A DNA stretch of 64,000 nucleotides from a virus (taxonomy: Duplodnaviria; Heunggongvirae; Uroviricota; Caudoviricetes): the IMG/VR virus record IMGVR_UViG_3300022822_000008; one strand, written 5' to 3'. The notes under the pieces were generated by a model that saw only the letters and a program-made list of their open reading frames with translations, was not told the DNA's origin and ran no database searches. The translations under genes and the position numbers were made by a program. Shown one piece after another: positions 55,105 through 64,000 of this stretch. Within the stretch, counting starts at the first letter, position 1; each line of letters begins with the position of its first letter.

Positions 55105-56607
55105 ATGCCTGACATAATCAATGTAGAATACTACAATGAAGTCCACATGAAAATATCAACCGAATCGAGTTTGAAAATGGAACTGTCTGATTACTTTTCT
55201 TTCAAACCTGAGGGCGTTGAATTCCATCCCAAGGTACGTGCGCGGGTATGGGACGGTATAATTAGAATCTTCCAACCAATGAAACCTATACTTCCTGTGG
55301 GTTTATTGAAGCACCTCACTAAATTTTGCACGGACAGAGATTACGTTTTAAATGTCTGTACCGAATATGCAGAAAACCATACTATACCAGATGATTATGC
55401 TTACCAGCTAGGCAAAGAAATAGGTCTTGATCCCAAGTTTAAACCTCGTGATTATCAAAACAAATACGTTGTTGAAGCACTTCGTGATAAAAGATCATTA
55501 AATGTTTCACCAACCTCCAGTGGTAAGTCACTAATTATCTATTTAATACAGCAACATTATTATCATACCTATGGACATAGAACTTTAATTATAGTGCCTA
55601 CGATCTCACTTGTGTACCAAATGGCTGGTGACTTTCAAGATTATGGGTGTAACGCGAAAGAGATTTATACTATCAAAGGAGGCGTCGATAAAAACACGTC
55701 TGCAAATATAGTTATATCAACTTGGCAATCTTTAGTCAAAGTAACGCCTGAATATTTAGGCCAATTTGATGTTATTCTGGGTGACGAAGCGCATTTATTC
55801 CAAGCCAAATCCACTACTACGATAATGGACAAAATGGTCGATTGTAAATATAGACATGGGTTTACGGGTACTCTGAAATCATCTGAAACGAAAACGCATA
55901 GATTGGTCCTTGAAGGATGTTTTGGTTCCGTTCGTAAGTTTGTATCGACAAAGGACTTAATGGATTCTGGTACTGTTGCGGAATTTAAAATTAAATGTCT
56001 TGTCCTTTCGCATGCTGAAGATGTTCGAAAAGCATTCAAGAAAGAATTTTCGAAGGTGTTGGACAATTCAAAGAAATATCCTGCTGAACGTACTTTTTTG
56101 ATCAACTGTAACAAACGACAAATGTTTATCCGTAATCTAGTTTGGTCGTTGAAAGGCCAGAACAATTTAATCTTATTCGATTTGGTAGAAAAACACGGCA
56201 AACCTCTTGAAGAGTTGCTAGCACATCCTGATAGGAAATTGCATTTTGTTCATGGAGGTATGAAGGGAGAAGAGCGTGAGCGTATACGTAATCTGGTAGA
56301 AAATGATCCAGAAAAGAATCATGATATATTAGCATCTTATGGAGTGTTCTCGACTGGCGTAAATTTACGCAGACTTGATAATGTCATATTTGCTTCATCT
56401 AGCAAATCGGAAATAAAGGTTCTCCAATCGGTTGGTCGTGTTTTGAGGAAAGGAAATGGTGCTGACGTAGCGACTTTGTACGACATTGCAGATGATCTCA
56501 GTGTGGGTCGCTCATTCAAAAACTACACACTACAACACTTTAGAAAACGTGTTGAAATGTATTCCACAGAAGAGTTCGATTTCCGTATCTACACAATTCC
56601 CTTGTAA
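55105..56607 (+). CDS. uvsW: SF2 helicase UvsW
   Basis: RDYQ, PTSSGKS, STWQS, GDEAH, GFTGT, STGVN, LQSVGRVLR. Confidence 0.95.
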   Translation: MPDIINVEYYNEVHMKISTESSLKMELSDYFSFKPEGVEFHPKVRARVWDGIIRIFQPMKPILPVGLLKHLTKFCTDRDYVLNVCTEYAENHTIPDDYAYQLGKEIGLDPKFKPRDYQNKYVVEALRDKRSLNVSPTSSGKSLIIYLIQQHYYHTYGHRTLIIVPTISLVYQMAGDFQDYGCNAKEIYTIKGGVDKNTSANIVISTWQSLVKVTPEYLGQFDVILGDEAHLFQAKSTTTIMDKMVDCKYRHGFTGTLKSSETKTHRLVLEGCFGSVRKFVSTKDLMDSGTVAEFKIKCLVLSHAEDVRKAFKKEFSKVLDNSKKYPAERTFLINCNKRQMFIRNLVWSLKGQNNLILFDLVEKHGKPLEELLAHPDRKLHFVHGGMKGEERERIRNLVENDPEKNHDILASYGVFSTGVNLRRLDNVIFASSSKSEIKVLQSVGRVLRKGNGADVATLYDIADDLSVGRSFKNYTLQHFRKRVEMYSTEEFDFRIYTIPL

Positions 56608-56618
56608 TTAAAAGAGTA

Positions 56619-56667
56619 ACATTATAGTCGATAACTTGATTATAACACGGTACTGTCCTGCTGTCAA
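56619..56667 (-). promoter_or_regulatory. Sigma70 promoter antisense to uvsW with duplicated 30 nt element
   Basis: TTGACA-17-TATAAT on minus strand, identical 30-mer to 45042-45071. Confidence 0.65.
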
Positions 56668-56700
56668 CCAATTTTTAAACTAAATGAAAATAAAAATTGG

Positions 56701-56728
56701 TTGACAGACTGTATTAGTATGATATAAT
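56701..56728 (+). promoter_or_regulatory. Sigma70-type promoter for gene 55
   Basis: TTGACA-16-TATAAT. Confidence 0.75.
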
Positions 56729-56767
56729 ACAACCTTGTCAAATTAATTAAGAGTGTGTAAGCAGACC

Positions 56768-57283
56768 ATGGCTAAAAAAAGAAACTACGTAAACAATCCA
56801 GACCTACTTGCTGCAGTGATCGCCTATCAAAAAGCAATTGTTGATGCAGAAGAAGGCGGCGACAAAAAACCTATTGTGCCTGATTATATTGGGAATTGTA
56901 TCCTTATGATATCGAAAAGACTTGCTACTAAACCTAATTTTTCAGGTTATACGTACAAAGAAGATATGATATCAGATGGTATTGAGAATTGTCTTCAGTA
57001 TATGCACAACTTCAACCCCGAAAAATCAAAAAATCCCTTTGCCTATTTTACGCAAATTATTTGGTTTGCATTCCTTAGACGGATCGCTAAAGAGAAAAAG
57101 CAAATGTATATCAGATTCAAAGCATCTCAAAATATGGCTGATACGTTAAGTGTTACCGATTCAGATGATGTCCAGATCTATATGAATGAACCACCAGCTT
57201 ACATTAGTGAATTCATTAGAGATTATGAAGCAAAATTACATAGTAAAAAGGCAGCTGCAGAAGAATCCAAAGAGGAAGAATAA
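56768..57283 (+). CDS. 55: Late sigma factor gp55
   Basis: NYVNN.DL, PDYIG.CI..I..RLA.KPNF.GY.YKEDMISDGIENC, NPFAYFTQI. Confidence 0.95.
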   Translation: MAKKRNYVNNPDLLAAVIAYQKAIVDAEEGGDKKPIVPDYIGNCILMISKRLATKPNFSGYTYKEDMISDGIENCLQYMHNFNPEKSKNPFAYFTQIIWFAFLRRIAKEKKQMYIRFKASQNMADTLSVTDSDDVQIYMNEPPAYISEFIRDYEAKLHSKKAAAEESKEEE

Positions 57284-58345
57284 ATGAAAATAGCTATTGT
57301 AACTGATATGCACATAGGCGGGAAGAGCGACTCTCAACTTTTCGGTAACTTTCAGGAGCGATTCTTTTTAGAAGTATTTTTCCCTTATATTGACGCAAAC
57401 AAGATTAAAGTTATTTTTGACCTCGGTGATACTTTTGACCGTCGTAAATATATTAACTTCTTAAGCCTTAAACGAAGTAAAGAATTTTTCTTTGACCAAA
57501 TCGAAAAACGTGGGATTTCATACTACGCTTTAGTAGGAAATCATACAACCTTTTATACAAATACCAATGATGTCAATTCAATGGACTTGTTATTGAAAGG
57601 TTATAAGAAATTCAAAATGTATGAGCATACTGCTGAAGAAGTTACCTTAGGTTCAACAAAGTTTCTTATGTTACCTTGGATTACTAAATCAAACTTTGAA
57701 CAAGTATCCGAACTGGTTTCTACGTCTGATGCAAACGTAGTAATGGGTCACCTCGAAATGAAAGGTTTTGAGATGTTAAAAGGTTCTTTATGCACCCACG
57801 GTCTTGATATGCAAATGTTTAAGAACTACGAAGCTGTTTATTCTGGGCATTTTCATCATCCTTCAAAATATGGCAACATTGAATATCTTGGTGCTCCTTA
57901 TGAGATGACTTGGTCTGATTATAAAGGCAGTCGTGGATTTCACGTCTTTGATACTGAAACTCGAGCAGTTGAAAAAATACAAAATCCCTTTCGTCTATTT
58001 TATAAAATTGATTACGATGATACAGATATGACTATTGATGATATTGCTAATATGGATACTTCAATGTTGAAAGATACCTACATAAAGGTTATTATTAAAA
58101 ATAAAAATAATGCTTTGCTGTACGATATGTTTATGAACAAATTGGCAGATGAAGGTGCTGCTGATATTAAATCAATTGACGATTCCTTGAATTTGGAACA
58201 AATGGATGATGACGAAATATTAGACGAAACGCAAGATACCAAAGTTATTCTGCATGCTTACATAGACGCATTAGAAACTAGGGTTAACAAAGATGATATC
58301 AAAGCAACAATAAATGAATTATATTTAGAGGCTACGAATAAGTAA
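57284..58345 (+). CDS. 47: Mre11-like recombination endonuclease gp47
   Basis: TDMHIG, DLGDTFDRR, VGNH, GHFH. Confidence 0.94.
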   Translation: MKIAIVTDMHIGGKSDSQLFGNFQERFFLEVFFPYIDANKIKVIFDLGDTFDRRKYINFLSLKRSKEFFFDQIEKRGISYYALVGNHTTFYTNTNDVNSMDLLLKGYKKFKMYEHTAEEVTLGSTKFLMLPWITKSNFEQVSELVSTSDANVVMGHLEMKGFEMLKGSLCTHGLDMQMFKNYEAVYSGHFHHPSKYGNIEYLGAPYEMTWSDYKGSRGFHVFDTETRAVEKIQNPFRLFYKIDYDDTDMTIDDIANMDTSMLKDTYIKVIIKNKNNALLYDMFMNKLADEGAADIKSIDDSLNLEQMDDDEILDETQDTKVILHAYIDALETRVNKDDIKATINELYLEATNK

Positions 58346-60057
58346 TGAGACTACATTTTAAAAGAGTACGTTATAAGAATATATTATCTACAGGTAATGC
58401 ATTTACAACCATTGATCTGGATCGCACTCAGTCGACGCTGATTAGCGGAGGTAACGGCGCCGGCAAATCTACTTTACTCGATGCTATAGTTTACGGTTTA
58501 TATGGAAAACCTTTTCGTAAGATAAACAAACCGCAGTTAGTAAATACGATAAACAACAAGGAATTAGTTGTTGAAGTTGAATTCACCATAGGTGGAAGTG
58601 GTTACAAAGTAATTAGAGGACAAAAACCAGGTATATTTGAGATTTACAAAAATGGATCTTTAATTAATCAGGATTCTGCCACAAAGGATTATCAAGGATA
58701 TTTAGAACAATTTATTTTAGGAATCAACTATAAATCCTTCAATCAAATCGTAGTATTGGGCAGTGCTACTTATGTTCCGTTCATGGAATTGCCTCAACAG
58801 CACAGACGTGATATTATAGAGGATTTATTAGACATCCAGGTGTTCAGTACAATGAATGTTCTTACAAAAGAACGGTTGTTGGCAAATAAATCTGATATCA
58901 AAGATAACGGCTATGAACTTGATATGACCCAACAAAAAATTGACTCTGCTGAAGAACACAATGAATCAATAAAAAAGATCCGCGAAACTGAAGTAGATAA
59001 AATACGTGAAAAGATGCAGGGGCATCTCGACGTTATTGAAACGAAGATGACCGTTATCGAAACTCTTAATGATGAAATTGCAGAACTTATTTTACCAATA
59101 TCTGATAAGAAGAGTGTACGTGAAAAAATCGAAAAAGCAAAAAGTATCAAGAGGGATCTTGAGGGTAATATCCGCGGCTTTAATTCTGATCTTAGTTTTT
59201 ATCACGATAATGACAATTGCCCTACGTGCAAGCAAGGCATCGATCATGAATTTAAAGATGAAGCTATTAAGGAAAAAACAATCAAACGAACTTTAGTAGA
59301 AAACGGAATAGATGGAATTAAGAAAAAGATAAAGGAACTACAAACTCGCCTTGAAATTATATCTGATGTCGAAGATAATATACAGGAAAGGAACCTGAAG
59401 GTAGTAGAAACGCGCGGCGAAATAAAGATTTCAAAGAACGCTCTATTAAGTTACAAAAAAGATATGGAAGGCGCAAAACAACAAGTTGAAGAAGTAGATG
59501 GAGTCAAACTTGCTGAGCTGAATGAACACAAACGTTCTTCACAGACAAATCGGAAATCATTACTTGATGAGCAGGCTAAACTGGTTGTTGTTAATACAAT
59601 ATTGAAAGATGGAGGTATTAAGACGCGAATTATTAAACAGTACATTCCTGTTATGAATAAATTAATCAACAAGTATTTAGGTGCTTTCGATTTGTTCGTT
59701 GACTTTCAATTGGACGAAAACTTTAATGAAATTATAAAATCTAGATTTAGAGATACTTTTTCTTATGCTTCGTTCTCTGAAGGCGAAAAATTGCGTATAT
59801 CATTGGCAATAATGTTATCATGGCGAGCTGTTGCTAAATTACGCAATTCAGTTTCTACAAATTTACTATTACTCGATGAAACTTTGGACGGTGCTCTTGA
59901 CGGTGTTGGTATTGAAAGCTTAATTGAGACGTTGCATTCTGTTAACGGAGATGATAATATATTCGTAATATCTCACCGCGGTGATCAATTTGCAGAAAAG
60001 TTTGCATCTCATATTAAATTTTCAAAGGTTAAAAACTTTAGTGAAATAACTATATGA
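58345..60057 (+). CDS. 46: Rad50/SbcC-like ATPase gp46
   Basis: GGNGAGKST, CPTC hook, FSEGEK, LLLDE, ISH. Confidence 0.95.
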   Translation: MRLHFKRVRYKNILSTGNAFTTIDLDRTQSTLISGGNGAGKSTLLDAIVYGLYGKPFRKINKPQLVNTINNKELVVEVEFTIGGSGYKVIRGQKPGIFEIYKNGSLINQDSATKDYQGYLEQFILGINYKSFNQIVVLGSATYVPFMELPQQHRRDIIEDLLDIQVFSTMNVLTKERLLANKSDIKDNGYELDMTQQKIDSAEEHNESIKKIRETEVDKIREKMQGHLDVIETKMTVIETLNDEIAELILPISDKKSVREKIEKAKSIKRDLEGNIRGFNSDLSFYHDNDNCPTCKQGIDHEFKDEAIKEKTIKRTLVENGIDGIKKKIKELQTRLEIISDVEDNIQERNLKVVETRGEIKISKNALLSYKKDMEGAKQQVEEVDGVKLAELNEHKRSSQTNRKSLLDEQAKLVVVNTILKDGGIKTRIIKQYIPVMNKLINKYLGAFDLFVDFQLDENFNEIIKSRFRDTFSYASFSEGEKLRISLAIMLSWRAVAKLRNSVSTNLLLLDETLDGALDGVGIESLIETLHSVNGDDNIFVISHRGDQFAEKFASHIKFSKVKNFSEITI

Positions 60058-60371
60058 ATGTAGGTAAAATTACTATAGGTCGAGTACATAAAAACCTCCC
60101 TGATGCTGTCAATATCGTTGTTGACCGAACGTCAGTATTGGGGAATAAAAACTATTTGAGGAATGAATCAGAAAGAGATTATGTATGTTGTAAATATGAA
60201 GTCGATTTGATCGATGAGATAGAACAAAAGAATGAAGCAATTATTTCCGAGCTATCGCGTATGAGAGATTTAATCGATGCTGGAAGAAATGTAAATTTGC
60301 AATGTTGGTGTTTTCCAAAAAGGTGCCATGCAGAAAGCATTAAAATGATTGTTGAAACAGCTTTTAAATAA
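60054..60371 (+). CDS. DUF4326 family protein
   Basis: VDRTSVLGN, NLQCWCFPKRCHAE. Confidence 0.75.
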   Translation: MNVGKITIGRVHKNLPDAVNIVVDRTSVLGNKNYLRNESERDYVCCKYEVDLIDEIEQKNEAIISELSRMRDLIDAGRNVNLQCWCFPKRCHAESIKMIVETAFK

Positions 60372-60381
60372 AGGATATATT

Positions 60382-60840
60382 ATGAATAAAATGATACATT
60401 TGCATGGTGATGCAGTATTGGCCTTAGAAAATAAAGAGATTGATTATTTAATGCACTGTTGCAATGCTCAAGGCATAATGGGAGCAGGTATTGCGTTACA
60501 AATAAAACGTAGTGTTCCAGATACGTATGAAAAATACCGCATATACTGTAAAGGTGTTGGGCCTGAAAATGCGCTCGGAAGTGCAGTAATTTTTGGTGGT
60601 GTTATAAATTTGATAGCACAGCTTGAAATAGGCGGAGGAAAAAGACAGTGTCATTACGGTGCAATTGCCGCAGGAATTAAATCAGTCATAAACCTGGTAT
60701 TACCCAATCCTATGAACCCAACCAGAATAGGCGTGCCGTATAAAATGGCATGTGATCGTGCTGGTGGAGATTGGGCCGTAGTTCAAGAATTACTTGAATC
60801 CTTCCCGACAGGTTACCAAATTATATGCTACCAACTATAG
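60382..60840 (+). CDS. Macro domain (ADP-ribose-processing) protein
   Basis: GD...., HCCNAQGIMGAGIALQIK, IGVPY.M.CDRAGGDW. Confidence 0.8.
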   Translation: MNKMIHLHGDAVLALENKEIDYLMHCCNAQGIMGAGIALQIKRSVPDTYEKYRIYCKGVGPENALGSAVIFGGVINLIAQLEIGGGKRQCHYGAIAAGIKSVINLVLPNPMNPTRIGVPYKMACDRAGGDWAVVQELLESFPTGYQIICYQL

Positions 60841-60847
60841 GAATATC

Positions 60848-61585
60848 ATGATTAAAACATTAACAAAAGAATACAATCTTGATGGCGCAAACAATATGCA
60901 CCATGTTGCTTTACTTTTTCACGAGTTTTTTGTGCGAAAAGATTATGACTGGTTCTACGCAGTTCAACCAGGTGATGTGGTAATGGATGTAGGTGCTAAT
61001 ATTGGGATGTTTACTTGCCATGCACTTGACTCAGGTGCATCTAAGGTCTATGCAATCGAACCAAATCTTAACTTGATTGAAACAACAATGAGAAACGCGC
61101 TGCCTCATCTCGTAAATAAAGTTGAGTCTCCGTTGGTTCCCATTCAGTGTTTGATTGGCGACCCAGACGATGGCGAAAAAATGAAGGCTCATATTCATAC
61201 TGATGGAGATGCTGACTTTGATAAGACGGAGATACCTGTTCGAACTTTCAAAGATATCATTGACACCTATAAAATAGAAAAGATTGATTTCCTGAAGATG
61301 GATTGTGAAGGTGGTGAATATAATGTATTAACAGAAGAAAATTATGAGTACATTTCTAATAATGTAAAACATATAGCACTGGAAATTCACGTTGACGCCT
61401 TTGAAGGTGCTACTGAACTATTCAAGAAATTTAGAGATAACTTCCTCTCAAAATTCCCAGCACATAAAATCAAATTTATGTCTCCGCAAGACGCCCAAAG
61501 AATGACTGACGCCTTTGTTGACAGTCCTCAATCACGAGGTGGTGGCAGTTACTGGATGATTTACATCTGTAATAAATCACTATAA
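60848..61585 (+). CDS. FkbM-family SAM-dependent methyltransferase
   Basis: VMDVGANIGMF, VYAIEP, FLKMDCEGGEY. Confidence 0.85.
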   Translation: MIKTLTKEYNLDGANNMHHVALLFHEFFVRKDYDWFYAVQPGDVVMDVGANIGMFTCHALDSGASKVYAIEPNLNLIETTMRNALPHLVNKVESPLVPIQCLIGDPDDGEKMKAHIHTDGDADFDKTEIPVRTFKDIIDTYKIEKIDFLKMDCEGGEYNVLTEENYEYISNNVKHIALEIHVDAFEGATELFKKFRDNFLSKFPAHKIKFMSPQDAQRMTDAFVDSPQSRGGGSYWMIYICNKSL

Positions 61586-61590
61586 AAAGG

Positions 61591-61618
61591 TTGACAAATC
61601 TCATATTTGTTATATAAT
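61591..61618 (+). promoter_or_regulatory. Sigma70-type promoter for gene 43
   Basis: TTGACA-16-TATAAT. Confidence 0.75.
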
Positions 61619-61646
61619 GGTCTTACTTTGAATACAGAGGAATAAC

Positions 61647-64000
61647 ATGAGCAATTTTTACACATCCGTAGAAAGATACGGTAATACTATACTTTGGCGC
61701 GGGTACAATAACGGCGAACGTTTCTCACATAAAGTACCTTTCAAACCTTCATTATTCATGAGTTCAAAAAACGCTACTGGAAAATTTGCAACCTTAAATG
61801 AACAAATTGAAGTCGAACCTAAGAAATTCGACACCATGAAAGAAGCAAAAGAGTTCTCAGAACAGTATAAAGATATGCCTAACTTTAATCTGTGCGGCAA
61901 TACAAACTTTATACAACAGTTCATCCAAGAAAGATATCCTGATGATATTGAATTTAATATCCACGACATAAACATAGCTTCATTTGATATCGAAGTGGAT
62001 ATTTCAGAAAATTTTCCAAACATGGACACCGCAGATAACGCAATAACTTCAATAGCATATAAATCATCTCGATCTGAAATGTATTTCTTGTTGGGTCAAA
62101 AAGATTATGATAAGCATAAAACTTTACTCGATATTCCTCCCGAAAATATAACATTTGTTAAATTTGAAAACGAGGCCTTGCTATTGTCTCGTTTTGTAGA
62201 TTTATGGAAAGCGGACTATCCTGATGTTGTTACTGGTTGGAACGTGGAATACTTTGATATTATGTATGTGGTTACTCGTATCATCAGATTACTAGGCGAA
62301 GCAAAGGCAAAGCAACTATCACCTTGGGGTAATATTCGCTTGAATACTAAAGAAGTGTTCAACAAACCTCAGTCTACTTATTCAATATCAGGTTTGGCTA
62401 TTGTTGATTACATGGACGCTTTTAAGAAATTTGGTTATAAGTATGGTCCTCAAGAAAATTACAAACTTGATACAATATCTAATACTATTCTTGGTGAAGC
62501 AAAACTTGATTATTCGGAATACGGCAACTTGACTAATCTATATGAGCAAAATCCTCAGTTGTATCTTGATTATAACTTGAAAGATACTTGGTTGATTGAC
62601 CGATTCGAAGAGGAATCCGGTTTACTTGCACTTGTTATGACTGTTGCTTACGCGGGTGGAGTTAATTATAATGACGCATTCGGTACCGTTGGCATATGGG
62701 AAAGCACACTTTATCGTAAATTGATGAAAAATAATATCATACCTCCATTGAAGCGAGGACCTGGACATTCGATTGGTGATTTGGTCGGAGGTTATGTAAA
62801 AGCTCCAAAGGTCGGAATGCACAGGTGGGCCGTCTCATTCGATTTGAATTCACTATATCCCATGCTTATGTTGCAATATAATATGAGTCCTGAAACATTT
62901 ATGAAGGGCAGATATGAGTATCTCACACCTGAACAGGTCCTTAGTGGTGAATACCAAAACGAAAATAAATCAATGTCGGTCGCCGCTAACGGCGCGTGTT
63001 TTGATAATACCCGATTGGGTCTAATACCGAGCATAATCGATGAATATTATGCTAATCGAAGTGACATCAAAAAACGAATGATTGGGTTTGAACAAGATTA
63101 TGAAGTTGAAACAGATAAAGAAATTCGTAAGCAACTTAAACGAACAATTAACAATCTTCATAATAAACAAATGGCCATAAAAATCAGCATGAACAGTCTT
63201 TATGGTGCTACAGCTAACAAATACTTTTTATATTTTATTGGTGAAATGGCAGAAGCGATCACAACTTCAGGTCAATTGTCAATTCGATATGCAGAACAAT
63301 CTGTTAATACTTATCTAAATAAAATATTGAAAACCAAAGACTTTGATTATATTATTTACATCGATACGGATTCTATCTATGTTGACTTTGCGCCTTTGAT
63401 TCAATCTGTATTTGGTACTCTTGACATCAGCAGATCGAAAGGTGAACAATTTCTTGATAAAATATGCGGCGAACAAATCGAAAAAATCATTGAAGATGGA
63501 TACGAAAAACTTGCTGGTTATACAGGTGCTTATCGTAATGCAATGGTAATGAAACGCGAAAAAATAACTGATAAATCTGTGTTCGTTGCTAAAAAGCGAT
63601 ACATAATGAATACTTTAAACAGTGAAGGCGTCCATTATGAAACTCCTAAAGTTTCTGTTACTGGGTTACAATCAGTAAGTGCATCAACTCCACAAATGTG
63701 CCGTGATAAAATGAAAGAATTGTTCAGTGTTATTATGAATGGAAATGAAGGTGATGCTCAAGAGTTTATCAAGAAATTCAAGACGGAGTTTGAATCAATG
63801 TCGGCCGCTGATGTTGCAAAAACAATGGGCACTAACGATATTGATAAACACTACGATCCTCGTACTGTCATAAAACAAGGACTTACTTGTCCTATGCATG
63901 TCCGTGGTGCTTTGCTTTATAATAATGCACTTGAAGAAAATGAATTGACTAAGAAGTATGAAAAGATTCGCAGTGGTGATAAGGTAAAAATCGTCTATTT
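61647..64000 (+). CDS. 43: Family B DNA polymerase gp43 (runs past window end; absent from ORF track)
   Basis: Read by hand: MSNFYTSVERYGNTILWRGY..., SFDIEV, VTGWNVEYFD, SFDLNSLYP, KISMNSLYG, YIDTDS. Confidence 0.95.
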   Translation, partial: MSNFYTSVERYGNTILWRGYNNGERFSHKVPFKPSLFMSSKNATGKFATLNEQIEVEPKKFDTMKEAKEFSEQYKDMPNFNLCGNTNFIQQFIQERYPDDIEFNIHDINIASFDIEVDISENFPNMDTADNAITSIAYKSSRSEMYFLLGQKDYDKHKTLLDIPPENITFVKFENEALLLSRFVDLWKADYPDVVTGWNVEYFDIMYVVTRIIRLLGEAKAKQLSPWGNIRLNTKEVFNKPQSTYSISGLAIVDYMDAFKKFGYKYGPQENYKLDTISNTILGEAKLDYSEYGNLTNLYEQNPQLYLDYNLKDTWLIDRFEEESGLLALVMTVAYAGGVNYNDAFGTVGIWESTLYRKLMKNNIIPPLKRGPGHSIGDLVGGYVKAPKVGMHRWAVSFDLNSLYPMLMLQYNMSPETFMKGRYEYLTPEQVLSGEYQNENKSMSVAANGACFDNTRLGLIPSIIDEYYANRSDIKKRMIGFEQDYEVETDKEIRKQLKRTINNLHNKQMAIKISMNSLYGATANKYFLYFIGEMAEAITTSGQLSIRYAEQSVNTYLNKILKTKDFDYIIYIDTDSIYVDFAPLIQSVFGTLDISRSKGEQFLDKICGEQIEKIIEDGYEKLAGYTGAYRNAMVMKREKITDKSVFVAKKRYIMNTLNSEGVHYETPKVSVTGLQSVSASTPQMCRDKMKELFSVIMNGNEGDAQEFIKKFKTEFESMSAADVAKTMGTNDIDKHYDPRTVIKQGLTCPMHVRGALLYNNALEENELTKKYEKIRSGDKVKIVY

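Noticed and set aside
1-64000. tRNA, rRNA or integrase genes
   Set aside because: No cloverleaf/T-loop signatures, rRNA or recombinase motifs were recognised by eye; a tRNAscan-SE run would be needed to be certain.

Overview
A 64 kb segment of a large, AT-rich T4-like (T4-superfamily) myophage genome. A marine or cold-water heterotrophic host is inferred from gene content, not shown. Core replication and recombination genes are present: rnh, primase 61, helicase 41, uvsX, 32, 59, 33, topoisomerase 39/60 and 52, uvsY, uvsW, 55, 47, 46, and a DNA polymerase 43 that runs off the right edge. Also present are nrdABC, lysis genes (lysozyme, spanin pair), a block of late virion/internal-head genes, and many short early genes driven by a repeated sigma70-type promoter/leader cassette. 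Most notable: (1) nrdA is broken into three genes by two free-standing GIY-YIG endonucleases, with a split intein at the first break and an apparently unspliced Aeh1-like break about 16 residues later; (2) gp41 helicase is fractured by an HNH gene and rejoined by a gp41-1-like split intein; (3) a fibre-like virion protein carries what reads as a circularly permuted DUF3494 ice-binding domain inserted into a beta-sandwich; (4) a heme oxygenase plus ferredoxin-dependent bilin reductase pair with an atypical active-site residue; (5) candidate anti-defence genes (Acb1-like 2H phosphoesterase, macro domain, MazG-like) and four glycosyltransferases. No tRNA, rRNA or CRISPR array was recognised. All family calls come from motif recognition by eye; no database search was run.
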